DNA of 64,000 nt, taken from positions 156,636,432-156,700,431 of the forward strand of contig NC_092374.1 in assembly GCF_030028105.1 (NCBI RefSeq), in the 5' to 3' direction. Positions within the stretch are counted from its first letter, which is position 1. The number at the start of each line of letters is the position of its first letter. Below the pieces are notes generated by a model. The model ran no database searches. It was not told the origin of the DNA and worked only from the letters and a program-made list of their open reading frames with translations. The stretch is from Mobula birostris. Lineage: Eukaryota. Positions 49,731-62,760 of this stretch are shown in pieces. The position numbers and the translations under genes are program-made.

Positions 49731-51619
49731 ACCATATTACCATTTGCAGTGGGTAAGGTTGCCTGAGAGGAAGAACTTGATGTGTGTCATAACCAATCTG
49801 CAAAGTATTTCATAATGGTGGATGTCAGTCATTAAAGTTCAAAGTTCAGTTTTATTATCAAAGTATGTATACCATGTACAAACTTTAGATTATGGCATTT
49901 TACCTTATTTTACATTTTACCAAGATGATATTTGGTCATCCTAAAGCAGGTGGGGACTCTTGCACTAGAGTAGAGAGAGATGAAAAATGTCTCCATATAC
50001 TCCCATCAGCTGATCTGTGCAGGATCTGGTGACAAGACTGGGACCCGGATCAGGCCAGATGCTTTCTATGCATTAACTCTCAGGAAGACTAATCTTCTGT
50101 GTGAAACATTAACTCCTGTTACTCTCTCCACATCTGCTACCCAGTCTTTTGAGAATTTCCAGCTTTGTTCTCTTTTTATTTTAAATCTATTTCATCTTTT
50201 AACAATTTTATTATTTTTTTAACATATACATAGCATTTGCTCTTTATCTTTTTATTTAAATAAGGTCTTTGTCATGGATGTCCTTAACTGCAATCTAAAA
50301 AATGCCAACACTGCTGGAATTAGAATAAAGTAGCTAAATCTTGTTTGCCCCTTTAATGTCTTCTGCACATATTCCTCTGAGCTGCACTGAGTCCTTGGAG
50401 ATAATTGAGTTGAAGTCGAACACATGCTCCAATTTAATTTGCCAAGCAGAAGACCCATAGGATGGGTTGAAATACCAATGTTATGCTGCACCTCAAATAC
50501 TCTTTATTGATTTCAATTATGCCCTGGCAGGGTACAACTCTAGAGCTGATCCTAGTCCTAATCTTGAGATTAAAACTACTCCCCACCTTTCAAAACAAAT
50601 ACAAGAGACAAAACTCCAACATGGTACATGGAGCTTAGAAAAATAGAGAGCTACGGGTAACCCTATGTATTCCTTAAATAAGTACATGTTCGGCACAACA
50701 TTGTGGGTTGAAGGGCCTGTATTATGCTGTAGGTTCTCTATGTTTCTCTATTTATCTGCGAAAAACTGCACTGTGATCACTTTGCAGTAAACTACATTTT
50801 GTTTTACTGTTCTAGTTTTGTTCTTTCTTGTAAAAATCGATGTATGTTTAATTTTTTGTTTTTCTTGTCGCTGCTGCTTCTATGATGCCATGTACCCGTG
50901 ATGCTACTGCAATTAAGTTTTCCATTGGAACTCTACATACATATACTTGTGTCTGAGGCCTCCGTCGGTCAGGGTTGACCGTGAATGTTGTGTTCCGGCT
51001 GTCTAGATATGCAAGCCAGGGCAGTACAACATGGAGAGCAAGCTGTTGCCCATGTCGCAAGCTCCTCCTCTCCACACATCTGATGAACCCAAGGGAATAG
51101 CAGAGACCCATACAGTTTGGCACCAGCAGAGTCACAGGAGTTGCCGGTCAATATTGAAGTCAGTGTAGGACTGCTTTAGGGACTCTAGCTCTGGATTTTT
51201 CCCTCAGGGTTTTACCCCCAAAGCATTCCCCTCGAGTGGGTATGGCCACAAGGCAGCACAGGTTTGAGGTCTCTTAGATGAGCTGCCAACCATGGCTGAC
51301 GAGCTCCATCTTCCCAATGTACTTGTGTATTTGACAAATAACTCAACTTCAGCTGATACAAATTGAACCAAGATTACTATTTTTCAGGTGAATTATAATA
51401 ATTATATAATTCAAAAGCAGTTTCCCAATATATAATTTGTTATTTTCCATGTCCATGATCCTCTATAAATTGACATAAGTGATAAGGAATATTATAAAAT
51501 ATTCTTAATATTATAGATATAATAAAGAATATTATATAATAACATGAGGCAACTAGTTCTGCCATATGTGTAACTCACTTGTCTGTTTATTTTTATTCAA
51601 TTTTGATCTTTCAATCCCA

Positions 51620-51990
51620 GTCTTTGAGCATTGCTATTGATCTGAGATCATTACAGATGTATTTCTGTGTCTGAGAATTGCATAACAGCTGGTACCTGCA
51701 TAGTTGTTTACTGTTGGAGCAGTGTCACAAGGGACCAATGGTGTTTTTGCATTATGACATGATTTTACATTGAAGTAAAATTGCACGGCAGAGTGCTCTG
51801 TACATGAAAGGAAAACCACAAGAGTCAGTAATTTGAAACAGAATGTGCTTATTGCACTTACCGAATACTGTACATGTTTCTTGTCTGAGGGCCAATTTAA
51901 GACAGTATACCATGAAGTGATGCTGGTGTTGAAAGCTCAGTCACAGCAGGCATAATTTTAGTCCCCTCATAATGGCTGACAGAAATCTAT
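51620..51990 (-). pseudogene. PKD1-like exon relics: LRRCT and WSC, separated by a 64-nt GT-AG intron
   Basis: TPASLHG (PASLHG at 51909-51926)...ETC; donor GTAAGT at 51861 and pyrimidine-rich acceptor AG at 51798; then TSCYAI...ISDQ*QC. Parallel to PKD1 GPGSLAG...SGC|...ACSAFC...LSEQGWC. Confidence 0.6.
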
Positions 51991-52358
51991 GACTGATGTA
52001 TTCAGCTGTCAGAGTATTTGTATTTGTGTGTGTGTCTATATCTATATGAATAAAGAATATATATATATATATATATGAATAAAGTATTTTTCTGAAATTA
52101 ATAAATGTCTGATCATAGCAATTCTACTTTTTCTGTATGAATCATGATTTCATTGAAGTGAAATCATACTACTATGGAGATTTGACAGGAAACTTCCTGA
52201 TACAAGTCCTCTTGCACAAACTAGCTGTTTTCCTAATCAGATATGTAAAATGATTTTTGAACCAGAGAGGTGTGTTTGTTACAATTCTGTGAAAATGAGT
52301 CAACCATCCTGATCAAATTTAAATTGCTACCACCCGCAGAGGTACAACTGGAGGTATG

Positions 52359-52583
52359 AGGGGGGAGGGGAGGGGGAGAGAGGGGTAGGGGAGAGTGGGA
52401 GGGGTAGGGGAGGGAAGAGGGAGGGGAGGGGGAGGGAAGGGAAAGGGAGGGGAGAGGGGAGGGGGAGAGGGGAGGAGGGGGAGAGGGGGAGGGGAGAGGG
52501 GAGAGGGGGAGGGAAAAGGGAGGGTAGGGAAAGGGGAGGAGAGAGGAGGAAGGGAAGGGGGAGGGGGGGAGGGAGAGGGGGGA
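52359..52583 (+). repeat. Polypurine (G/A) low-complexity tract
   Basis: About 225 bp of almost exclusively G and A with many G4-G8 runs. Confidence 0.95.
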
Positions 52584-54144
52584 TGAGGACTTCCTCATCC
52601 TATTCCATCACATTTCCTCTTCAAATCATGCACTCACAGCACTTCATCCAATAGCATAGAGAAGGTAAGAAGAACACAATAAAACAGGAGCAGGTGTAGA
52701 CCACCTGGCCCCTGATATCTGCCCCACCATTCAATATTAAGGCCCCAGGCCTTTATTCCTTGGAGGAGCCAGAGGCCAACTCTCACTGGGAGGGTAATAA
52801 ATAAAACGGAATGAAGATAATGTGCTCCTGCCATTAAATGCATGAGGACATCTGCATCCTGAGCAATTCTGGGATGCAAATTACCCTCCCTCTGCAAAAC
52901 ACAATCTCTTTTTCCTTCATTGCAAATATTAAGTATTATAATCGCAGCCAGCAGGCACCTGGAATAAGGCAAGCAATTATTCATACTTTCAAATAAAGTT
53001 ATTTTGATCCAAGCCTATATGAGGTGATCTCCCAGTGAAAATATGGGAGGTAAAAATTTATGTTCGCAATTGTTTTTACTGTTAAACTTCAGGGGAAAAA
53101 ATGTGACATCCTAATAATGAAGTTATGCCATGAATTACTACCATCAGTGAGGAAGTACAGGAGCCTGAAGACCCACACTCAATGCTTTAGGAACAGTTTC
53201 TTCCCCTCCGCCATTAGATTTCTGAAAAGTCGATGAGTTCATGAACATCACCTCACGATTTATCTATTTTTTATAACATTGTAATTGGTTATGCCTGCAC
53301 TATACTGCTGCCACAAAACAATAAATTTCACAACTTTTGCCAGTGACAATATTTTGATTCTAATTCTGAATAATTAACAGCTTACAAAGCAAACTAAGGT
53401 TTTAAGGAAGCGGTAAAAATAATATGAAATTTTCTTCATTAACCTCATAATTGATTAATCATGGTTTATTATAATAAGCACATTTCTATAAAATGCAATA
53501 TAAAATCACAGTATTTATTTCATCCTGATGGCAATATTCAGAATGCAATGTGAGCATAGCATTTTCCAGGTTGCTGGGTGAATGTTGACACAGGCTCGCT
53601 CATCAGTCAGAATCAGTCACAGAACTGCCTTATGGTCAATTTCAGATCCCCTCTGTGAAATCTTAGGGCACTGGGACTCCATCTCTTACCTGTATGATAA
53701 TCCTACCGGTATGAACACCCTTTGGTTCTAGTGGCAAATGCTTACTCATTAATCGCACAATCATGATTCCTCGTCTTACGTTGTTTCTACTCATTGTATA
53801 TTAAACAGTTAAATTAAAAATAGTGCAAAAATAGAAATAGTTTTTTTTAAAGTGAGGTGGTGTTCATGAGTTCAGTATCCATTTAGGAATCGGATGGCAG
53901 AGGGGAAGAAGCTGATCCTGAATAAGCTGGTTGAGTGGAGTTGCAACAACAACATTGCACTCAAAGTCAGCAAGACCACTGAACTGTTTGTGGACTTCAG
54001 GAAGGGGAAGTCAGGAGAGCACGCACTAGTCCTCATTGAAAGATTAGTGGTGGAAACGGTGAACAGCTTCAAGTTCCTGTGCACCAACACAAAGATTTGG
54101 TATGTCACCAAAGACACTTGCAAGGCAGGTCAGGTGTGTAAGGT

Positions 54145-54649
54145 GTATCTTCTGTCAGGGTAGCCTCCAACCTGATGGCATGAACATTGACTTCTCTAAC
54201 TTCCGTTAATGCCCCTCCTCCCATTCTTACCCCATCCCTTATTTATTTATTATTTTTTATTTTTTCCCTTTTTTCTCTCTCTGTCCCTCTCACAATAACT
54301 CCTTGCCTGCTCTCCATCTTCCTCTGGCGCTCCCTTCCCCCTTTCTTTCTCCCTAGGCCTCCCGTCCCATGATCCTCTCCCTTCTCCAGCCTCGTATCCC
54401 CTTTGCCAATCTTTCCAGCTCCTGGCTCCATCCCTCCCCCTCCTGTCTTCTCCTATCATTCTGGATCTCCCCCTCCCCCTCCCACTTCCAAATCTCTTAC
54501 TATCTCTTCTTTCAGTTAGTCCTGACGAAGGGCCTCGGTCCGAAACATCGACTGTGCTTCTTCCTATTGATGCTGTCTTGCCTGCTATGTTCCACTAGCA
54601 TTTTGTGTGTGTTGCTTGAATTTCCGGCATCTGCAGATTTCCTCGTGTT
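54145..54649 (+). mobile_element. Penelope 3' end with pLTR hammerhead
   Basis: QPDGMNIDFSNFR* as at 35045; AGTC-CTGACGA-AGGGCCTCGGTCC-GAAAC-ATC-GACT at 54518-54553. Confidence 0.88.
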
Positions 54650-55524
54650 AGTGCTCCTCTGTTTTGCTGATATTAAGGGAAAAGTTATTGTCATGACTCC
54701 ATCTCCTTCCTGTACTCTGACTCATCCTTCTGTGAGTTCAGCCCACTGCAGAGATGTCCTCTGCAGACCGTAGAATCTGGCTTCACAATTATGAATGTAT
54801 AGTGAGTAATGGCTACACAGGATCATAATAAGCTGCAGAGAGTTATAAAACTAGTCAGCTCCATCATGGGCACTAGCCTCTGTAGTATTCAGGACGTCTT
54901 CGAAGAGCAATGCCTCAGAAAGGCAGCATCCATCATTAAGGACCCCCATCGCCCAGATCATGCCTTGTTCTCAGTGCTACCATGAGGAAAGAGGTACAGA
55001 AGCCTGAAGGAATACACTCAGTGATTCTGCAACAGCCTCTTCCCCTCTGCCATCAGATTTCATGACATATTAAACCTGATTCTGATTCTGACTCTAAGTA
55101 GAGTTGGGGCTGAGAATGTAGCCTCGTGCAGCAAAGGTGTTGAGAGTAATCGTGCTGGAGGTGCTGCTGACTGTATTCTGTTAGTCAGGAATTCAAGAAT
55201 CTAGTGGCAAAGGAAGGTGAGTCCCGGGTCTAGGAGATTGGAGATGAGTATTCTTGGAATTATAGTATTGAAGACAGAGCTGTGGTCAATAAACAATAGT
55301 TTAACATACACTCAGTGCTGCCACTTTATTAGGTACTTCTTGCTCATTAATGCAAATATCTGATGTGGTAGTATAAAAGCATGCACACATGGTGAAGAGG
55401 TTCAGTTGTTGTTCAGACCAAACATCAGGATGCAGGAGAAATGTGATCGAGTGGCTTTGATTATGGTACATAAAACAAAAAAAAATGCAGTGGGCAGAAG
55501 CTCTGTGGGTGAAACTGTCCTGTT

Positions 55525-58500
55525 TGCTCATTACAGCCGGGGACTTTAACCAGGCCAACCTCAGAAAGGCGCTGCCAAAGTTATACCAACATGTCTCCTG
55601 CCCCACTAGAGGCCCTAATATACTTGACCACTGAAACACAGCTGTCAAGGATGCCTACCATTCCGTCCCACGACCTCACTTCGGAAAATCGGACCATCAG
55701 GCCGTACTCCTCCTCCCGGCTTACAAACAGAAACTGAAGCGGGAGGTCACGGTGTCAAAAGTGGTGTCACGTTGGACGGAGGAAACAGATGAGGTCCTCC
55801 GTGACTGCTTTGAATCGGTGGACTGGTTAGTATTCAATGACTCGGCAGCTAACCTCGATGAGTATACCTCAGCTGTCACGGAGTTTATCTGGAAATGCAT
55901 AGAGGACTGTGTGCCTCGCAAAACAATCCGGGTATTCCCTAACTGGAAACCTTGGATGAATAATGAGGTCAAGTCCCTTTTGAAGGCTAGAGCTGCGGCT
56001 TTTAGGTCCAGGGATACCAGTCGCTACACGGAATCCAGGCATGAACTCTGGAAAGCCATTAAGGGCGCCAAGAGGTAATATCGAGCCAAGTTGGAAGCCC
56101 AGGCTAACCAGAGGGATGCTGGTAGACTATGGCAGGATCTAAATGAAATCACTGGGCGCAAAGAAAAGGCTGGGAATATCAATAACTGTGGTGCTTCTCT
56201 TCCTGACGAACTTAATGTATTCTACGCAAGATTCGAACAGAAGAGGAGTGTCCCGCTCCCTCCGGATGAACCGGACCTGGTGGCATCGAGATTCGTCGTC
56301 ACCGAGGAGGATGTTAGAAGGGCCTTCCTGAAGATAAATCCAAGGAAGGCGATGAGGCCAGATGGCATCCCGGGACGGGTTCTCCAGGCCTGTGCAAGCG
56401 AGCTAGCTGGAGTGTTTGCTGACATCTTCAACTGCTCCTTGCTTCAGTCTAAGATCCCGTCGTGTTTTAAGAAGGCAACGATAATCCTAGTGCCGAAGAA
56501 GAGCAAGGTGGCATGCCTGAATGACTATCGACCTGTGGCTCTGACATCAATTGCTATGAAGTGCTTCGAGTGATTGGTTATGGCACACATCAATCACAGC
56601 CTACCGGTCAACCTCGATGCTTTGCAATTCGCCTACCGGAGCAACAGGTCAATGGCAGGTGCCAACTCTCTGGCCTTACATTCCTCCTTAGAACACCTGG
56701 AGAATAAAGATGCATGTGTAAGGCTCCTTTTCATTGACTACAGCTCTGCCTTTAATACTATCATTTCAAATAAACCGATTCCTAAGCTCCGGAACCTGGG
56801 CCTTAGCACTCAGATCTGCAGCTGGATCTTCAACTTCCTCACAGACAGGACCCAGGTTGTAAAAATAGGGGACAAACTCTCCTCTACGATCACTCTGAGC
56901 ACCGGTGCCCCACAAGGCTGTGTACTCAGACCCCTGCTGTACTCACTGTACACATAGTCATAGTCATACTTTATTGATCCTGAGGGAAATTGATTTTCGT
57001 TACAGTTGCCCCAACCAAGAATAGAGTATAAATATAGCAATAGAAAACCATAAATAATTAAATAGTAATATGTAAATGATACCAGGAAATAAGTCTAGGA
57101 CCAGCCTATTGGCTCAGGGTGTCTGACCCTCCAAGGGAGGAGCTGTAAAGTTTGATGGCCACAGGCAGGAATGACTTCCTATGACGCTCTGTGTTGCATC
57201 TCAGTGAAATGAGTCTCTTGCTGAATGTACTCCTGTGCCCAACCAGTACATTATGTAGTGGATGGGAGACATTGTCCAAGATGGCATGCAACTTGGACAG
57301 CATCCTCTTTTCAGACATCACCATCAGAGAGTCCAGTTCCATCCCCACAACATCACTGGCCTTACAAATGAGTTTGTTGATTCTGCTGGTGTCTGCTACC
57401 CTCAGCTTGCTGCCCCAGCACACAACAGCAAACATGATAGCACTGGCCACCACAGACTCGTAGAGCATCCTCAGCATCGTCTGGCAGATGTTAAAGGACC
57501 TCAGTCTCCTCAGGAAATAGAGACGGCTCTGACCCTTCTTGTAGACAGCCTCAGTGTTCTTTGACCAGTCCAGTTTGTTGTCAATTCGTATCCCCAGGTA
57601 TCTGTAATCCTCCACCATGTCCACACTAACCCCCTGGATGGAAACAGGGGTCACCGGTGCCTTAGCCCTCCTCAGGTCCACCGCCAGTTCCTTAGTCTTT
57701 TTCACATTAAGCTGCAGATAATTCTGCTCACACCATGTGACAAAGCTTCCTACCGTAGCCCTGTACTCAGCCTCATCTCCCTTGCTGATGCATCCAACTA
57801 TGGCAGGGTCATCAGAAAACTTCATCAGAAAACCCATGATTGTGTAGCCAAGTTTCCATCGAACTCAATATATAAGTTTGCTGATGACACCACAATTATA
57901 GGCCATATCTTGGGTAATGATGAGTTTGAGTACAGAGAGGAGATTAAGAACCTGGTGGCATGGTGCGAAGACAATAACCTATCCCTCAACAACAGCAAGA
58001 CGAAGGAATTGGTTGTTGACTTCAGAAGGAGTAGCGGACCACATGACCCCATTTACATCGGTGGTGCGCAAGTGGAACAGGTCAAAAGCTTTAAGTTCCT
58101 CAGGGTCAATATCACAAATGACCTGGCTTGGTCCAACCAAGCAGAGTCCACTGCCAAGAAGGCCTACCAGCCTCTTTACTTCCTGAGAAAGCTATAGAAA
58201 TTTGGCCTGTCCTCTCAAACCCTCACTAAGTTTTATAGATGCACCGTAGAAAGCATTCTTGTAGGGTGCATCACAACCTGGTATGGAAGTTGTCCTGTCC
58301 AAGACCGGAAGAAGCTGCAGAAAATCGTGAACACAGCCCAGCACATCACATAAACCAATCTTCCATCCTTGGACTCATTTCACACCGCACGCTGTCGGAG
58401 CAATGCTGCCAGGATAATATAGGTCACGACCCAACCAGCCAACACACTTTTCGTCCCTCTTCCCTCTGGGAGAAGGCTCAGGAGCTTGAAGACTCATACG

Positions 58501-58785
58501 GCCAGATTTGGGAACAGCTTCTTTCCAACTGTGATAAGACTGCTGAACGGATCCTGACCCCGATCTGGCCATACCCTCCGAATATCTGGACCTGCCTCTC
58601 GGTTTTTTTGCACTACCTCACTTTCTCCTTTCTATTTTCTATTTATGATTTATAATTTAAATGTTTAATATCTACTATCGATTTGTACTCCAGGGAGTGC
58701 GAAGCGCCGAATCAGATATCACTGTGATGATTGTATGCTCTAGTATCAATTGTTTGGCGACAATAAAGTAAAGTAAGTTAAAGTA
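55525..58785 (+). mobile_element. Rex1/Babar LINE ORF2 (distal endonuclease + RT), disrupted
   Basis: [51 protein letters not shown]; (TAAAG)n tail. Confidence 0.92.
56954..57833 (-). mobile_element. Second Rex-family LINE nested antiparallel in the first
   Basis: 243-aa ORF 57106..57837 KFSDD...YRYLG...MLYESVVASA; (TATGAC)n tail at ~56954-56970. Confidence 0.92.
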
Positions 58786-59999
58786 ATGAGAGAGGTCAGA
58801 GGGGAATGGCCAAACTGGTTCAAGCTGACACAAAGGCAACAGTAACTCAAACACATTACAACAGTGGTGTGCAGAAGAGCATCTCTGAATACACAACATT
58901 TCAAACCTTGAAGTTGATGGACTACAGCAGCAGAAGACCATAAACATGGTCTGGTTTTGTCTCTTGGCATTCTTGATATTTTTACAGAGATTGTATGTCA
59001 ATACATGTTGTGAGCTTCCTGCAGCTGAAATATCTTTCCCATGGTTTGGACTCTAAATCAGCCAAGTACTCCATATATTGACTTACAATGTCTTTCTTAG
59101 ACCATAAAACACAGAATTAGGCCATTCAGCCTATAGAGTCTGTTCCATCATTTGATCATTGCTGATTTATTTTCCCTCTCAACTCCATTCTCCTGACTTC
59201 TGCCGATAACATTTGACGCCTTTAGTCATCTAGAACCTATCAATCTCCACTTTCAGTGTACCCAATGACTTGACATCCACAGTCATTTGTGGCAATGAGT
59301 TGCACAAATTCTCCACACTCTAACTAAAGAAATTCCTCCTCATCTTTGTTTTAAAAGGACATTCTTTAATTCTGAGACTGTGCTGATTCACAGCTCCATC
59401 TCAAACTTAATTTATAAACGTCTTCTCATAAAAAACAGTATTCCATCAGCTTTTTACAATTCTATCCGCTTGAGATATTGCTTTTCAGATCCTGTAAACA
59501 TGATCCTCTGCCTTCATCTGTAAGGTTGAAATGTAACTTTGTTTATGAATGTGCTATCAAACAATGCTTATTGGGTCCATTGAATTATTTTCTATGCCTC
59601 CTATTGAAGAATAACCTCCAATCCCCCAATCACATTTATATTTTCAGCCGAGCTATGTTTCTTCACGGTGAAAGCCGTATCTTCAATGTTCACAACAAGC
59701 TCATTAGTTAGTACCTCAGTTGGATTTTACTGCTACTTAATAGACTGTGGAATTATCGAAGAAATTCTATGAGAAGAAGACTGTAGAGTTTACAAGGGAT
59801 TTATCAAAAGAGAAGCCCAGGAAAGTGTTAGAAGAGCAGGTTGAAATGCTATTGATTCCAATAAAGAGAAAGGGAGTTAGGAAAGACATGAGGAAAAAAC
59901 ATTTTATACAGCATGTGTTTGGAATCTGGAACACACTGTCTGTAGATGTGCTGGGAGACAGGTTGCCTTGAGGCCTTCTCGAGGGGAATGGATAAATAT

Positions 60000-61318
60000 A
60001 GAAACCATAGAAACCATAGAAAAACTACAGCACAGAAACAGGCCTTTCGGCCCTTCTTGGCTGTGCCGAACCATTTCCTGCCTAGTCCCACTGACCTGCA
60101 CAGGGACCATATCCCTCCATCCCATCCATGTATCTGTCCAATTTATTCTTAAATATTAAAAAAGAACCTGCATTTACCACCTCGTCTGGCAGCTCATTCC
60201 ATACTCCCACCACTCTCTGTGTGAAGAAGCGCCCCCTAATGTTCCCTTTAAACTTTCCCCCCCTCACCCTTAACCCATGTCCTCTGGTTTTTTTCTCCCC
60301 TTGCCTCAATGGAAAAAGCCTGCTTGCATTCACTGTCTATACCCATCATAATTTTATATAGCTCAATCAAATCTCCCCTCATTCTTCTACACTCCAGGGA
60401 ATAAAGTACTAACCTATTCAACCTTTCTCTGTAACTGAGTTTCTCAAGTCCCGGCAACATTCTTGTAAACCTTCTCTGCACTCTTTCAACCTTATTAATA
60501 TCCTTCCTGTAATCTGGGGACCAAAACTGAACACAATACTCCAGATTCGGCCTCACCAATGCCTTATACAACCTCATCATAACATTCCAGCTCTTATAAT
60601 CAATACTTTGATTAACAAAGGCCAATGTACCAAAAGCTCTCTTTACGACCCTATCTACCTGTGACGCCACCTTCAGGGAATTTTGTATCTGTATTCCCAG
60701 ATCCCTCCGTTCTACTGCACTCCTCAGTGCCTTACCATTTACCCTGTATGTTCTACCTTGGTTTGTCCTTCCAAAGTGCAATACCTCACACTTGTCTGTA
60801 TTAAACTCCATCTGCCATTTTTCAGCCCATTTTTCCAGCTGGTCCAAGTCCCTCTGCAGGCTCTGAAAACCTTCCTCACTGTCTACTACACCTCCAATCT
60901 TTGTATCATCAGCAAATTTGCTGATCCAATTTACCACATTATCATCCAGATCATTGATATAGATGACAAATAACAATGGACCCAGCACTGATCCCTGTGG
61001 CACACCACTAGTCACAGGCCTCCACTCTGAGAAGCAATTCTCTACTACCACTCTTTGGCTTCTTCCATTGAGCCAATGTCTCATCCAATTTACCACCTCT
61101 CTATGTATACCTAGCGACTGAATTTTCCTCACTAACCTCCCATGCGGGACCTTGTCAAAAGCCTTACTGAAATCCGTGTAGACAACATCCACTGCCTTCC
61201 CTTCATCCACTTTCCTGGTAACCTTCTTGAAAAACTCCAATAGATTGGTCAAACATGACCTACCACACACAAAGCCATGTTGACTCTCCCTAATAAGTCC
61301 CTGTCTCTCCAAATACTT
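60000..61318 (-). mobile_element. Relatively young 5'-truncated CR1 LINE
   Basis: Open 354-aa RT stretch (QHGFVCGRSCLTNL, DFSKAFDKVPH, GVPQGSVLGP, KFADD); minus-strand (TTTCTATGG)n tail. Confidence 0.95.
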
Positions 61319-62199
61319 GTAAGTGTGTGGTGAAGTAAATGTTATAAAGTGTCAGAGCAAGGTCTATGGATGGAACTAGTGTTTGCTGCTCTAACAGAGA
61401 GCCAGGATGAACATGAAAGGCCAAATGGCCTTCTTCTGAGCAGTTGTTGTTCTCAGAGTCAGAATTAAGTTCATATAAGTGAGATGATCAGGGTACGAAA
61501 GAAGCACAAGCTGCATCATTCAACTTATTTTGGATGCCTGAATTTTTTTTCAGGATATGGTAAAGGAAAACGGAGGGGTTTGCTGGATTAATCAAGAAAA
61601 TTCATGCAAGATTCAGTGGGAGATTAAAAAATAAATGCAGGAAATAGCTTGAGGTAAATAGTAGCAAGTTCACTGTAACAGACTTGAATCTTCTTGCTCA
61701 ATTCAGTAATCAATGCTCCTTTCTTTAAAGTTTATTTAAAGCAGATGATAGATCAACTCATTAAAAATAAGAATTTTATGTCTGCACCTGAAATAATCTA
61801 GTTACTATTCAAGAGTTTAGCTATTTGAATTACAAAGGACATTGCAATTATTTTGTTTCTAATGGTTATAGTTTTATTGAATCTATACTGTTTACAGTGC
61901 AAACATGGTTAAATTAGTTATGGAGCTAACCTGAACTTGGCACGTTAGACCACAATATGTTTACATAGTTTCAGCTATTAGCTTCCATTTTGCTCATCAA
62001 AGCCACAAGTAAACATAAAGATGCAAATTTCAACTCCGCGCACATCAGATCATTACTGGCAATGATGCTAAGCAGTTAAGTGGTAAGTACTTGTGAGACG
62101 CGTGGTGGTGGAGACAGTAATCGTGTTTAGAAAAAAAATAAGGCAGTAGCTTTTAAGTGGTTAAACCACAAACTCAGGACTAGCTCTTGGTTAAAGAAC

Positions 62200-62760
62200 T
62201 TGTTTGAGTGGTTCTGCAACAACAGCCTCTCACTCAACGTCAGTAAAACTAAAAAACTGATCATTGACTTCAGGAAGAGGAAGGAGGGTGATCATGTGCC
62301 AGGCTACATTGAGGAGGACTAGCAGTGAAGCGGGGGGGGGGGGGTGGTCAGCAGCTTTAAATTCCTGGGCGCTGTCATATCAGATGATCTGTCCAGGACC
62401 CAGCACGTAGATGCGATCATCAGGAAGGTGAGCCAGTGTTTTACTTTCTTAGAAGTCTAAGAAGATAGAGTTTATCACCAAACATCCTAACAGACAAAAC
62501 AGATGAAACATTGAAAGTATCCTGACTGGTTTAGTATGGCACTCTAATGTGCAAGAATGTAAAAAGCTGCAGAGAATAGTGGACTCGGTCCAACACATCA
62601 CGGGCACAACTCTCCGCATCACCAGTGGTATCTACATGAGACACTGCCTCAAGGATACAACATCCATCATCAAGGATCCCATCTTTTCACGGTTACCATC
62701 AGACCTGGAGTCCCACATTACCAGCTTCAACAACAGTTACTTCCTTGCAACCAGTCTGCA
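62200..62760 (+). mobile_element. Degenerate Rex-type LINE relic
   Basis: Segments encoding SLNVSKTK, FKFLG and KKLQRIVDS. Confidence 0.7.

Larger units (their letters stand above)
1030..52300 (-). pseudogene. Degenerate unprocessed polycystin-1-like (PKD1-paralogue) pseudogene; the TM-encoding 3' part would lie left of ~1000 or beyond the window
   Basis: More than ten minus-strand segments give polycystin-1-like peptides in the correct order (LRRCT, WSC, CTL, PKD repeats, REJ, GAIN, GPS), most with stops or frameshifts. See the individual relic features. By-eye comparison only. Confidence 0.72.
55309..58945 (+). mobile_element. Tc1-type non-autonomous element split by a LINE (pieces ~55309-55520 and ~58785-58945)
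   Basis: Same TIR and body as 36858-37390 (CACTCAGT..GCCACTTTATTAGGTAC; GTTCAAGCTGACA; GTGGTGTGCAGAAGAGCATCTCTGAA). Confidence 0.7.

Noticed and set aside
50252-50491. Possible first PKD-domain exon relic; also ~42780-42950 post-lectin relic
   Set aside because: Positions fit the domain order, but similarity was too weak to support by eye.
1030-52300. Calling the relic a functional PKD1 (gene symbol assignment)
   Set aside because: Many stops and frameshifts; orthology cannot be established without alignment and synteny.
52233-52598. Pro/Ser-rich and Gly/Glu-rich ORFs
   Set aside because: Translation of the polypurine low-complexity tract.
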